Shown: positions 49,001 through 62,780 of the stretch, piece by piece
How the letters are laid out: every line of letters begins with the position of its first letter
Numbering within the stretch: position 1 is the first letter of the stretch
Position numbers and translations under genes: made by a program
The notes under the pieces: model-generated
Database searches by the model: none
What the model was told of the DNA's origin: nothing
Seen by the model: only the letters and a program-made list of their open reading frames with translations
Assembly: GCF_022539665.2 (NCBI RefSeq)
Contig: NC_081333.1
Coordinates: 9,176,001 to 9,240,000, forward strand
From: Daphnia carinata
Taxonomy: Eukaryota
DNA length: 64,000 bases
Reading direction: 5' to 3'

Positions 49001-52000
49001 TACAGTTCTTTTAATATTTGTTTTTTTATTTAAGCGCTGTTTTTGTAACATCGATTAATACCTATAGCGGCAGATTCCTCGTAGCGTAACTAGTTTATGC
49101 GCGACTGGTGCGTCTGTTTGTGTGTGTTAGTCCAACATAAATAACCTGACCCATTTTGCGAGATAATGAGTTTGAATCTCCGCCCCTTTCCTTATAAACA
49201 ACAGCAGGCCAGCAAAATGGCTTTTCCCTTTCATGTTTATCCATACCCGCCCTAAAAGATAATCAACCCTTTTTCTTTTCTTTTTTTTTTTTTGAATACT
49301 TAACCTTGAGCGCAAATCAATGCCATAACGACACACGTTAACATGTTTTGACTAGCCACGGTGTTTCGAAGGCGAAAATTTAGCTCCGGTTGTAACACCT
49401 TAAATGTGACAATACGCTATTTAAAAAATATGGCTATAAAATCTTTTTCATCTTTTAATTTCCATCGGCTCAGGTGTTGTGTCACAAAGGCCGCATCCCT
49501 GCGAGCAGAGTTCGTGTTACCCGGCAACAGGCAATTTGTTGCTCGGCAGAGAAATGCGGCTTTCAGCCACATCCACCTGTGGTCTCCAAAAGAAGGTATT
49601 TTTACACAGTAGCTTTCAATTTAGTTTCTTCATGATCTGACCGTTAACGGTGAACCCACCAGGAAAAATATTGCATCGTGTCTCATTTGGAAGATAAGAA
49701 AAAGTGTTTTTGGTGCGACTCGCGGCCCGAACAGGTCAACAGTCCCAGCAGCCATCACATTCAAAACATCCTCTACAGATACACTCCCACGTAAGTCCCT
49801 GAAATTATTTTTGGTGCCTATCTTTTGTGCTAATTGAAATTATTTCGTTAGGTCTCGCCGACGCTCTTGGTGGCAGGCACAGAATGGTGTTGAGAACGTC
49901 AGCATCCAGCTGGACCTGGAAGCCGAATTCCACTTTACTCACTTGATCATGACCTTCAAGACTTTCCGGCCGGCCGCTCTCCTTATTGAGCGATCCTACG
50001 ATTTCGGACGCACCTGGAAGGTAATTTGAATAACTTAATTGAAACAAATTTCAGGCATAAACGTTCGCTACTTCCCTTTAGATCTACCGCTACTTTGCCT
50101 ATAATTGCGCTGAATCATTCCCGGGCATTTCGCGTGAACCGCCACGCAACCTGACGGAAGTGATTTGCGAATCGCGTTATTCGGGCGTCGCTCCTTCTAC
50201 AGAAGGTGAGGTCATCTTCCGTGTTCTGCCGCCCAACTTGCCCATCGACGATCCTTACTCGCAAGAAGTTCAGAATCTGCTCAAGATGACCAATTTGCGC
50301 GTTAATTTTACGAAACTTCATACCCTCGGCGATGATTTACTTGACAATAGGTACGTTTCTTTTTTTTTTTTTTCGAAAGCTTAATATTTCTCTGATTTCG
50401 CATGCATCTGTTTTAGGGAGGAGATCCAGGACAAGTATTACTATGCCATCTATGATATGGTTGTGCGAGGTTCGTGCTCATGCTACGGTCACGCTTCGCG
50501 GTGTTTGCCCTTACCAGGCGTTGACCAGCGGACGGACATGGTTCACGGCCGTTGCGAATGTACCCACAACACCAAAGGTCTCAACTGCGAGCAGTGTGAA
50601 GATTTCTACCACGATCTGCCCTGGAGGCCGGCCATCGGTCGACAGACCAACGCTTGCAAACGCTGTAATTGCAACCACCACTCTGACCGGTGTCATTTCG
50701 ATCCGGCCGTCTACGAAGCCACTGGCCGTATTTCTGGAGGTGTTTGCGACGATTGCGAGCACAACACTATGGGCCGCAATTGCGAACAGTGCAAAGCTTT
50801 CTTCTACCAGGTTGGGTCACTATGATATTACTGTCCTGTTGAAATTTGTGAATTAAAGCTCCTTTTTTCCCCCATAATTTGTTCCAATAGGACCCGACAA
50901 AAACGATTAGCGATCCCGACGTTTGTTTGCCGTGCGATTGCGACCCTAGTGGATCGTTAGACGATGGCATTTGCGATGCGCGATCTGATCCTTCTGGTGG
51001 AATTCAGGCCGGCCAATGTCATTGTAAACGTCACGTGGAAGGCCGCCGCTGCGACCAATGCCAACATGGATATTGGAATTTTACCGAGGAAAACCCAGAT
51101 GGCTGCCAAGAGTGCAGCTGTAACTTGCAAGGCACTTACGAGAACCAAGGATGCAACGTCTACAGCGGCGAATGCGTCTGCAAACGCTACGTCACTGGCC
51201 GCGACTGCGACCAATGTCTACCCGAACACTGGGGCTTGTCGGAGGCTCGCGACGGCTGCAAACCTTGCGAATGCGATCCTGGCGGTTCATACGACAACAA
51301 CTGCGATATCTTGACCGGCCAGTGCAAGTGCAGACCGCACGTTACCGGAAGGACTTGCTCTCAACCGGAGCAAGGTTTCTTTGCCGGACTGCTGGACTAC
51401 CGCATTTACGAAGCCGAATACGGCGGCATCTCTGATCGCGCCCAGCTCCAAATCCGCGAGCCTTATCGTGATCGCGACCCCAGCTGGACTGGTCCTGGTT
51501 TCGTCCGCGCTGTAGAGGACTCTTCCATCCAATTCACTTTGGATGCCATTAGCCAGTCGATGGAATACGATTTGGTTATCCGCTACGAACCTCAACTGTC
51601 TGGACAATGGGAGGATGTTCGGGTTGTTATCGAACGTCCTGATGAAGTCGATCCCGATGGACCGTGTGCTAACCTGAACAATCAACAAGGACCTCCCGGT
51701 AGTGGCGGTTTGGAAATTTCACGAATTTCGCTTCCGTCTGGCGCCCGTCACGCCGTCGTCTATCCGCCTACTTGCCTGGAAGCCGGCAAGAAATACAACG
51801 TTCGTCTGGAGTTCAAGTCTTACGACTCGAACCAGGAAACGCCATCGGCCGCTGTTCTCATCGATTCCATCACGGTAGTTCCACGCGCCGATTCGATTCC
51901 TTTCCTGGGCGGATCACCTGCTGCCGACTACCGCCGCCAGGAATTCGAACACTACCGCTGCGCTCAGTACTTTTATTCGGTGGTCAAGACCAACATTCCC

Positions 52001-55000
52001 GAAGTCTGCCGTAAACATTTGTACAGCATCGGTTTCTACGTCCTCGGAGCGGGTTTCGAGTGCCAGTGTGATCCTACCGGATCCTTCAGTGGCATCTGTG
52101 ACTCCCTAGGTACGTTATCTCGAGCACATCATGTGTCTATAACCTTACCAAATTTTTAGATAATAGGTTTTGCTTTTGATTTGTTAATGAAAGTTTTTGA
52201 TCAAAACGCATTTATTGTTATTGTTGCCATTACCATCTTTATTTATATTTCGAAATTGTTTTGCGTAGGTGGTCAATGCTCATGCAAAGCCAACGTCGTG
52301 GGAAGGAAATGTGACCAGTGCGCACCGGGCACTTTTGGATTCGGTCCAGAAGGTTGCACGCCCTGTGAGTGCAACCCTGTCGGCTCTCTTGATAACTTTT
52401 GCGACAGCGGAACTGGACAGTGCCGTTGCCGGCCCAATACCTACGGCCGTGTCTGCGACCAGTGCCAACCAGGCTACTGGTAATGATAGATTTTCGTTTT
52501 ATAGTTAATGGGGTTAGGTATTAAGAAGTCTGCTAAATATAGGAACTTCCCTTCGTGCCAACGTTGTGAGTGTAACGGACATGCTGATCTTTGCGATTCA
52601 CGGACAGGACGGTGCCTGGACTGTCGTGATTTTACAACTGACGAGCATTGCGATCGTTGTCTGGACAGTTATTACGGAGATCCTCGTTTGGGCGTTGATA
52701 TCCCGTGTCGAGCTTGCCCGTGTCCTGGAACCATCAATTCAGGCCACTCTTACGCTCCTCGTTGCTCGCTGGATCGCGAAACCCAAGACGTGGTCTGCGA
52801 ATGCCAAGAAGGCTATGCCGGCCCACGCTGCGACGTTTGCGCCGACAACTATTTCGGAAATCCCGACATACCGGGCGGACAGTGCCGGCCTTGTCAGTGT
52901 AGCAACAATATTGACCTCTCTCGACCGGGCAACTGCGATGGACGGACGGGCGAATGTCTTCAGTGTTTGTTCAACACGGAAAGCTTTAGTTGTGAGCTTT
53001 GCCAGAAGGGCTTCTTTGGCGACGCCCTGTCCCAGCAATGCACACCGTGCGTCTGCAACCTCCTTGGCAGCGACTCGTCATTGGAAGGGCCGTCGGTCTG
53101 TAATCGCCAGTCGGGCCAGTGTCCTTGTCTACCCAACGTCGAGGGCCTGTCCTGCGATCGCTGCGCCGTCGACCACTGGAAAATCGCATCGGGCGAAGGT
53201 TGCGAGGCCTGTAATTGCGACCAAGTCGGTTCTCTTTCTACCCAATGTAACGAATTCGACGGCCAGTGCGAATGTCGTGACGGATTCGGCGGGCGGAAAT
53301 GTGATCAGTGCCGCGCTAATTATTGGGGTAATCCATCTGACAACTCGTGCCGGCCTTGCAACTGCGATCCGCAGGGTTCTTCCACCCAGCAATGTCATCA
53401 CGCCACAGGCGCTTGCGTCTGTCTGCCCGGTATGGGTGGTGAAAAGTGCGACCGATGCGCTCGCGGATACGTCGGCGCGATCGTTCCTGATTGCCAACCT
53501 TGCGGCGAATGTTTCGACAACTGGGATCGCATTCTCCAGGTAATTTTAAAATTAGAAATAATAATTTGTTCGAGTTGCTAACAATTCTGCTGTTCAATTT
53601 AGGAATTGCGCGGACAAACGGAGCAAGTTGTTGTTGCCGCCGGACAAATCCGTGAAACGGGCGCTACTGGTGCTTACACTCGCGAGTTTGAGACGATGGA
53701 GGCTAAATTGACAGAAGTACGGACTCTACTTGTCAACACAACCCTCAGCGGCCGCGAATTGTCGCAACTGGAACAGCTTTTCGATTCTATCAAAACCAAT
53801 TTGACATTAGCTGGGCAAGGAATGGACGGGTTGGATGACACAGTTGAAAACACAACCCAACGTATTTTCTCCGTTAATCTCTCCCTCACAAACCTAAGAA
53901 CCAAAGCAACTGACCTTCAAATGGCGGCTCAGTCACTCAAGGATAATGCCACCAAACTTCAAGAAGCCAACGTTGAAGGAGCTCTCAACCTGACCCGCGA
54001 AGCTCGTCAACGATCGCAGAAAGCGCAGGATCGTGTCGAATTCACTCAACAACCTGTCAGCGATTCAGAGCGACAGCGTAGGAGGACGGAAGCCTTGTTG
54101 TCACGCGTCGCTCCACAGCTGGGCGAGAGCCAACAGCGAAACGCAGCTGAACTAGCTGATCTTGGTGCTCGTCTGGCTGTCGTTGAACGCTCTTTACCCG
54201 AGCTTAACGACGCTGTCTGTGACGGACGTGGGGATCCATGCGACAGCTTGTGTGGTGGCGGAGGATGCGGGAAATGCGGAGCTCTGTCATGCGATGAAGG
54301 ATCTGTTACGAAAGCCGAAAATGCGCTCAGCTTAGCTAAAGAAGCGGAAGGCATTCTGCGCAATCGGCAAGCCGAATCGGAAGAGATGATGCGTGGCGTA
54401 CGCCAGGCTGAGACTGAAGCGGAGAATGCCCGTAGTCTGGCACGTGAGGCACTTCTGGCTGCCGAGTCGGCTCAGAACCGATCCGAAGCAGCCAAGGCCG
54501 AAGTGGACGAACTGATGAACCAGATCGACGAATTCCTTGAAGAGTCCGGAGCCAGTCCGGCCGACATCCGCTCTCTTGCCACCGATGTTTTGTCCAAGGG
54601 TATTTCGTTGCGACCGGAGCAAATCACCGACCTTGCCCGACGCATCAACGACACCATCTCTTCCCTGACCAACATTGACGCCATTCTGGCCGAGACTTCG
54701 GGAGATTTAGCTTCCGCTAAGGCGCTCAAGGATCGTGCTGACGCTGCCAAAGCTCACGCTCAGGGTATTCTTACTGTTGCCCAGCAAGTGCTCGAATCGT
54801 TGGCCGCCGCCCAAGCCGCTCAAGACAAGGCTCAAGAGGCTATTCAAACAGCTGACAAGGTATTCGTTTTATTTCAGCTGTAGTATCATCAATTTTCAAT
54901 ATCTTTTAATGTTTCCTCACGTCATCAACTAGGATATTAGCGCAGCTGAATCGCATCTAACGCAGATCGCTAGTGAGACGGCCGACGCTCAAGTCAAAGC

Positions 55001-55529
55001 TAGTGAATCTGTCCAGGAGGTCGAGGGCCTACGGGAAAGGTTACGCGAATTGCAGCGGAAGCTGATAAAGAACGAGCGAGATGTTAAAGAAGCCGCCCGT
55101 GAGTCCGATGTGGCCGCTTCGCTAGCCACGCGCGCCGGACAGGGTGCCTCTGAGCTTGACATTGCTTATCAACGTGCCCTGCGCGCTCTGGAGGAGAAGA
55201 CGTCAAGAAGTGGCGATGCCCGCGAACGCTCCGCCCGTCTTCAAGATAAGGCCAATCGGCTAACAGCTAGCGTTGTGGCCAAAGTTCAAGAACTCAAAGG
55301 TATGTCTGTATTAACTTGTCTTCGTTTGATGCAAGTGAGAGCGTATAGATAACGTTTGTTCTATTTTTTTTTTTCGCCCCTATGTTTAGAAATGGAGGAT
55401 GAATACTTGTTGCATGAGCGTCGGTTGACAGACCTTTCTGAGCAAGTTATGGCCATGAATGTGCGCATGACCGACTACTTGCAAGTCATTAGCGACCGCT
55501 CAGAGTTTTACCGCACCTGCCAAAAGTAG
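46061..55529 (+). CDS. LanB1: Laminin subunit beta-1; signal-peptide exon 46061-46121, then exons from 49474 (LN domain, LE repeats, LF/IV domain, coiled coil with L-beta knob) to stop at 55529
   Basis: [21 protein letters not shown] signal peptide; [40 protein letters not shown]; many laminin-EGF repeats; [14 protein letters not shown] knob; C-terminal FYRTCQK. Confidence 0.96.
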
Positions 55530-56227
55530 AAAGTTAGAAACCCGATAGCATCGAAACTTCCACTGCCGCTCGTCTTCCGGACAGTTGCATTACCCTCTCC
55601 AACCGAGCATCCGTCAATAGTCCATCATCTTTTTTTTTTAAATTACGTTATCCAAATCTACCGAATTCAATTGTCAGCGTATAGCAGTCTCCTCCCTCTA
55701 CTTGCATTTGATGTACATTTTTGGTCGAGAAACAATATCAATTACCGTGAATCTTCTTCCCCCCCCCACTCAAAAGGTGCCTTCTTGAAATAACCGCAGC
55801 GTGCCAAATTTGTTTTCTCTTCAAGCTTTCCCAATGTTTTCTTTTTCACGTTTTTTTTCATATGATCTTGTGTGACTAGACCGTTTCCAAACGGGTTTAC
55901 TATAATCTTTTCGGATTCCTTTTTACAGACAGAATCTTGTGCCTAAAAAAAAAATTCTTAACAAAATTAAACGACAGAATGTAATGGTCGCTTGTTTTAT
56001 CCAACCTATACACCCAAACTCATTCCCCATTTTCATTGCTATGATCCTTCTTCTCCCCTTCCACCTAAACAGTGTGTTCACCCTAAGACATCACTTAACT
56101 ATTATTGTTTAAGACTGTGGAACGATAAAACAATAAATGCGACATTACGTACCAGGGGCATTGCCTGGAAATCGTCAACGCCTTTCATCTGTATTGGAAA
56201 TGTACACAACAAGAATAAACAACGAAA

Positions 56228-57693
56228 TCAAATTCGCATACGCCACAAATACATGCCGGCCACGCAAAGGCAGAGCACAGTGCAATAACTGAAGAGGAGT
56301 ACAAATGATGCCAACGGCGCCATGTGAATCGTGTCAAACGTCATATTGACTAGGCCCGTCAGAAGATTAGCCAGTAGGAAGAAAGTCAGGCCGTTATAGT
56401 TAATAAATCTCAGGAGGTAAGGTTCGCGGAATACGGGTAATGATGAGGTATCGATAGCATTATCGATTTCTCGTTGTACGTCGAAGGTCACGAGCAGCAA
56501 ATCGACCAGCAAGTATGTTGCCATGATTATCAAGTTGTAAGTCAACTGTCAAACGGAAAATTGGTATATAAGTTAAAATTTCCTCTGCAAGTACAGTGTA
56601 TACAAAATCTTACCATCCATAGCCAGAATGACGTGTTGGCTAACCTTCGAGAAGGTATACCTACTAGGGACTCACAGCAGTGAAGACAAATCCAACCCAG
56701 GAGCGAAAGACAGGTAAGAACCATCAACAAACGAAGCCATTCCTTGAACAGTGTTCTAGGGATTTTAATGTAGTCACCTAATTCGCAAGAGGCGTAATAG
56801 AGGGCCATATAACCCAATAAAGAAAAAATGCCTTCGCGATTTGCTGAGATCAAATTGTTTCTGGGGTAGTCGCTTAAGATCCACGTCTCCAGTCCAAGTT
56901 TCAGGCCGATCTCGTAAATTGCCAAAAGGGCGAACGAAACCACGATCGGTCGAAGATTTGTTTTCATTAGAGATGGAACGATTTTCACAACAGCCAAGGT
57001 AAAAAAGAAGTTCCAATGAACGCCGTACTCAGTGACATGTTCATGGTAGTTAGACAGCTTGACTGTCATTAGTCGGAGTATGCCGAGGAGTAGTAATGGG
57101 AATGATTTGGACCAGGCTTTAGCTGCCTGGTTTTGACTAGATCCCAATAAGCCATTAGCAATAACAAATGAACCTACACCAACATCCATTAAACTATAGC
57201 CATAGGTTTCTGTCTTGGCAAATCTTCGTGGGAATATTGAGAAATCTACTGCCAATATACAGATGGCAGTGGCCAAATTCATACCAGCACGATAGTTGGT
57301 TAGGAATGAAGGCTTTTTCCCTGGGAGAGGAAAAGAGAATAAGCGGTTCAAGACTGGAATGCTTGGATTCCACCATTTAGGTGAACAGATCATCAACCCT
57401 GTGATGAGAAGCAACAAAACTATAGGATTCAGCACTGTTGAGGAAGACAACAGCGTAAATGATAGTAAAACAGGGCACACGACTGTCAATGTCTCAATCA
57501 GCAAGTGAATCCATATTCGTGAGGAATACTGCAACAAAACATATCGAGTGGGTAAAAGTAAAGGTAAGACTACCGAAGTCAAAGCAACTGAAAGCGGGGC
57601 CGGCAGTGTGGAAAGAATAATGTCCGACGGAAAACTGCCATTGTGATTGGAAACAAAGTTAATGTGCCGTTCGCGAGCCCCCAACTCGTCCAT
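56228..57693 (-). CDS. PIGW: GPI inositol acyltransferase PIG-W/GWT1; exons 57693-56614, 56545-56228
   Basis: FVSNHNGS, TAICILAVDFSIFPRRFAKTETYGYSLMDVGVGSF, YHEHVTEYGVHWNFFFTLA, NREGIFSLLGY, SRRLAN, NYNGLTFFLLANLLTGLVN. Confidence 0.96.
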
Positions 57694-57838
57694 GGTGAAA
57701 CTGAAATGTGGACTACAGCTAAACAAAACTCAACGATTCCGTCACACCCGCGTTATCTCACTAACGGAATAGTAAACAAACCAAGATTTTATCAGCTGTT
57801 TCCTCGGTCAAGAAACAAAACTACCTGGCAACGCCGAT

Positions 57839-57846
57839 TTTCGCGG
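57839..57846 (+). promoter_or_regulatory. E2F-type site in the PIG-W/MCM10 divergent promoter
   Basis: TTTCGCGG matches TTTSSCGS about 190 nt upstream of the MCM10 ATG. Confidence 0.45.
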
Positions 57847-58031
57847 CAAAGGAATTTAGTGAGTAGTCTCTTTCTCTCAACAAACGACTTTGAATTAGCA
57901 GGTTGTGAATTTTAAGTTATTACGTTGAAATAGTTTAAGAATGGCCGAGAATCTGGATGATATTTGTGGTATGCTTTGCCCAAAGATTGCTAAATTTTTC
58001 CTTTTTTTTTATAACGTGAAGCTGTTTTATT

Positions 58032-60659
58032 ATGACAGACATTGATGCATTAGCAGAGCTGCTGGATGAAGATGAATTTCTACCATCCTCTTCAACTGCT
58101 GTCTCTGAATTACAACAAAGCGAGTCTGATGTTCTCAAGAAAAAGTTGGAAGACATGGAAAAGCAGATGGCCATATTGAAGGATCAACTGAAACAGAAAA
58201 ATGATGTGAAACCTGCAGCACCGGGATTGAAAGATGTTGGGTTAAATTTCAAACCAAACCCTGACAGTCTGAAGCCTGTCAATTCAGAAACATCTAGTTT
58301 GATACATACGCAAGAGTCTGATAGTTCAGAAGATGAGGAAGGAAACCGAAGTGTAAATAAGTATAATGAATTTGGTCAATTTGTGAAACAACGTCTTGCC
58401 CATGAACCTGTAGTAGATAGGCTTACGGGACAGAAGTGCTCCCCAGGATGGAAAACTAACCAAGGCGCATTAACCAAACTTAGTGGAGCTTGTGCCAAAG
58501 CAACTGAATCCCCAACTGCAGATAATGGATTTACTGATGCATTTTTTGGCATTAAAATTATCAATCCACTTATTGGTTCAAGTACTCTTATGCAAAGAAT
58601 GGAAGGCAGGAAACAAATCAAAGCATCCCAAATCAAAATACATATGAGAGGTGGTGACATCAAGGATGATTGGGTTACAATGGCAGTTGTGGTATCTAAA
58701 AGTGAACCAAGAACTTCACAGAAGGGTAAAAAATACGCCATCTGGAAGCTAAGCGACTTAAAAGATTGCACCAAACAAGTGTCGTTTTTCTTATTTGGTG
58801 AAGTATTTAATAATCACTGGAAGATGGCAATCGGGTCTGTCATTGGAATACTAAACCCGAATTTTATGAAAGAGAGCAAAGCTGATGAGATAAGCTTCAC
58901 AGTTGATCATCACCAGAAAGTCCTTCATATTGGAGGCTCAAAGGTAAAACAATACGACATTATTTTATCAATGTATAGAAGTTTTTTATTATCCCAAACT
59001 TACGTAACGTTTTATTTTTATGACTGCTACCTTATTGTAGGATTTGGGCTGGTGCCGTGCAAATCGTAAAGATGGAAATCGTTGCCCTTCCTTTGTAAAT
59101 AAATCTGAATGTGAATTCTGTATATATCACGTCCAAAACGAATTCAAGAAAACTAGCGCTAAACGATCAGAAATCCAGTCTCATTTTTCAGGAACTGGGC
59201 TTTCTACAAGTAGTGCCTTTATTTTTACTGTTTAAGCTATATTCACTGATTTTTAACGTTGTATAGAAGATCGACTGAAGCAGAAAGTCTTGGGGAAAAA
59301 CGAGGTGTTTTATGGAGGCCAAATGTTTACAGGAAAAGTGGTAGCGCCACCCGCTTCCAAAGTACGTAGTTCAGTTATTGCAACGAGAAAATGAAGTATT
59401 CAATGTTTACTCTAATTGTTAACAATTGGTATTCAGGTAAAAGATAACAAGATCTTGGACAGTCTTAAAATGCAGAATCATGCTCTAAGACTAAAAGAGG
59501 AAGAAGAAAATTTGGCAAAAAAAAGTATCCAGGCACAGTTCTCTGAGCGTTTGTTAAATCCGACAGCCGGGAGTAGGAACTTGCTAAAGTGTCTGGAAAA
59601 GTCAAAGGATTCAAAGGAATCCCCGAGCGCCTCTTCTCCGACACCACCTGTGAAATCGATCACTGCGAAAGATTTACTCCTGCAACACCAGCAAAAACTT
59701 TTAGAAATGAAAGCTATTCAAATGAAGACTAGTAAAATTGCTTTATCATCTCCCCAACTAGGTCGTGGACTAGTGCAAAATCAAAATGAAATTGAGCTTT
59801 CTGCTGAGGTTTTTAATTGATAATTTAAATTATCAAAAATTTATTAAAAATATCTGCATTATCAGGTGAGGCTTCCTAAGTCGCATCCAAGAATGATGTC
59901 GGCCAAATTAAAAGCATTGCAACTTGTTAGACTGAAAGGGCCGCTGCAGCCGTCAGACCCAAACGATCCCATTCAAAAAGCGACCACTCCTAAAATGCAG
60001 GCAAAAATTAGGAAACGTGCGCTTGACACGTCGGGTGACGAGGATGCTACGGAAATCAGCAGTGGTCTTGTGGATACTCCGAGGCCCTTAAAAAGAACTA
60101 AAGCCGAGTTAGACGAACTATTACAGGCGAAGTCTGCGCACTCTAATTTAGTTGATGAATTTGAAGTCAAACAAAGTGAGCAATATTTTTCGAAACTTGA
60201 AAGAAAGGAACAAATGGAGACAAAAATGCTTGACACGTTTGAAATCAAAACCACTGCAATCACTTGCACAAAAGTAAGCAATAGTTGTTTCGTCACAAAA
60301 ATTTGTATTAACATTCTAATTATACGCCTCAATAGTGCAATTATACAGCGTTATCTGCCTCTGAATTATGTCGTCGAGAAGGACACTCAGTTCGCACAAT
60401 TAAAGCCGTGAAAAGGTTTTTCCAGTGCAAAGATTGCAAACAAAGAACCATTAGCCTTGATAGGCTTCCTAAGCGTCCCTGCTCGCACTGTGGAAGCTCG
60501 AACTGGGATAGAGCAGCGATGGCGAAGGTACGTACACTTTCTACGCTAGAGCTACGGATCTCATTATTTTATTACATTCCACAGGAACGTAAAGGCCCTA
60601 CCCTCCCCATTGAGGAACTTCTAATACGTGGTGAAGAAAGGAAACACGTTAACTGCTGA
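58032..60659 (+). CDS. MCM10: DNA replication factor MCM10; ~7 exons
   Basis: OB fold (DWVTMAVVVSK...KYAIWKLSDL...SFFLFGE...GSVIGILNP), CCCH zinc finger CRANRKDGNRCPSFVNKSECEFCIYH, C-terminal zinc motifs KRFFQCKDC...CSHCGSSNWDR, LLIRGEE. Confidence 0.96.
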
Positions 60660-60937
60660 GACGCCAATGCCAACCTCTTTATACGGTTCAAGATGACAAG
60701 TTTCTCTTCAAGTTACCATTTTTTAATCTTTTTTTATAAGCCCTAATTTTTATTTTTTAATCTGACAATCGTGTATTTTGTCTGCGGCAGGCTTAATTTT
60801 TTAAAATTTTTGATCTATTGCATATTAAAAATAAAAATATCTTGTAGCTATTACATTTCACACTGGTTGGTTTCATCACAATAGGAAATTTCATATTCAA
60901 ATTGAAGGAATCAAAATTTAAGTCTATATTATTTTAG

Positions 60938-61002
60938 TTGGCATCGAACCCGAAATTTATGAAATACCACGCCGTTGCTCTACTATTGAGCATTTGAGCT
61001 AC
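60938..61002 (-). mobile_element. Degenerate tRNA-derived SINE-like copy
   Basis: Minus strand GTAGCTCAAATGCTCAATAGTAGAGCAACGGCG...GGGTTCGATGCC: A-box (with a small internal duplication) and B-box, no intact cloverleaf. Confidence 0.5.
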
Positions 61003-61083
61003 AAGCGACACAATATTTATTGTATATTTGTCTATATTATCATAACGCAAAATAAACCAAAATATTTTTGAAATTTAAGCTTA

Positions 61084-61119
61084 TATGGCAATCCGTTTTA
61101 CTATGGCAATCCGTTTTAC
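61084..61119. repeat. Perfect 18-bp tandem duplication TATGGCAATCCGTTTTAC x2
   Basis: Seen directly at 61084-61101 and 61102-61119. Confidence 0.9.
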
Positions 61120-61311
61120 ACAAAAAAAAAAAAATTTCGCCAAAAAAAAAAAAAAATCACACTTTTTTCTTTTTTTTTCCGACACGTAGCCATCTACCGC
61201 TCAGACTCGTTATTACTGGCGTAGGCAATTTCAGTCCATTGGATGCCATTCGCAGTTAGTTCAGTAGCGTGGATGGAGAGAATAACGCGTGGCTGGAGGA
61301 ACAATTGAAAA

Positions 61312-62700
61312 ATGGATAAGATTATACAACAAAAGGATGGTAAGTATAAACATTATTATATTGGTTTCAATTATTAAATATTGTTTATTAGATCAAATTA
61401 TGAAGCTGCAGGCCCAATTATTGGAACAACGCAAAATATTAGATAACAGCAAAGCTAAGGATGGTAAGGGCTTATACGTAATGATTCTATTTATTTGCTT
61501 TTATTCATTTGTGTTTTGTAGCTCAAATTTTGAGTCTACAAGCTCAGCTAGGGGAAAAGAACAAATTGGAATGGAACAGTTTCCAAACAGTGAAGGAGGT
61601 TTTTCCAAACTCATCCCTAACTGAACATGAGGATGAATTGGCATTAGGCGAACACAGTCAGGTACCTAAACTTTTCAAATAAGAATTCAAAATAAGTATA
61701 GAATTTTAACAAACAATTATTTATTGCATAGTTATTCAGTCTACCACCTGACAGTGTGTTAAAGTTAAATTCTGTTAGTGCTGCACTAAAAGAATTGTTA
61801 GTAATAAGTCCATGCAGCGAAGGAATTGAACAATTGTGGGATCGTATTTGGGCTGAAAATGGGTGTGGTACGGAAACCCAGAAATAGCATGAGTTCAACA
61901 TAAAACATGAATTAGGTACTTTTCGGTTTTTTGTCTATCGAAACAGTATTTTTAATGCTATTATTTTGCATTCACAGAATTCTAGTGGGGAATCAAGTCA
62001 AGTCTAGAAGTGTTACAGGATGGAAGAGTGAGCCTACAGTTGAAAAACACTGAAAGTGCATTACCATTAAGGTATGAGGTAAAGTAATAGAGTATGCAAA
62101 TTGTCTAATGAGAAGTACCATCTTGTGTGAATGAATCCTGTGTAACAGCAATCCTTTATAGTTCTGTTATAGCTAGAAGCCTCAAATAATTCTGCTTCTC
62201 TTGCTAAAGAACAACTTGTCCTTTACACTCAGAGTGTTGGTGAAGCTGGGTACTTAAATGGCCCTAAAGATGTTTCACTTCACTGGCATTGCAGCGATGA
62301 ACATCATACATGGACTCTTTAGGTATGAAAGGAATTTTCTTGAAAAATTTTTGAATTTATGATGAAGCTTTTCTCCTCCTTTTTGCCAACCATGTCTAAT
62401 CTACAAAAAAAATTTTATCCAATAGGAAAGGATTTTCATGTACTGGGAAAACAACTATCAACAATGCAACATTCTACAGGTGCTAGTTTATCATTCAAGA
62501 GCCTTATACAATGAAGTTAATCTGCAATTTGTATGTCCTTTCCCAAGCTTCCACCAGAAGTTGAATCTATGAGTCATGTAAGTTCCATGATCAACAATTG
62601 ATGTGTTTAACGGTGTTGTTTTTCTTTTCTCAGTGTAGGTTAATAGTAACATTGGATCTGAAAAAATTCTTGGTTGGGGCCTGACACTGAATAAATTGTA
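61312..62700 (+). pseudogene. Decayed multi-exon gene of unknown family (coiled-coil N-terminus)
   Basis: Regular short GT-AG introns (donors ~61340, 61463, 61662, 61917, 62072, 62323). In-frame TAG at ~61885 inside an otherwise open exon, and more stops or shifts downstream. The right boundary is uncertain. Confidence 0.55.
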
Positions 62701-62780
62701 ATGATTGGATGGATGACATGATATTTCTATACTTCATTCGGATTCCCGAGACGGTATTTGATATTTAAAAAATTGAAGTG

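Noticed and set aside
50332..54750. Multiple long alternative-frame and antisense ORFs over laminin (e.g. 52566-53543)
   Set aside because: Expected by-products of GC-rich, Cys-rich coding sequence; no independent homology recognised.
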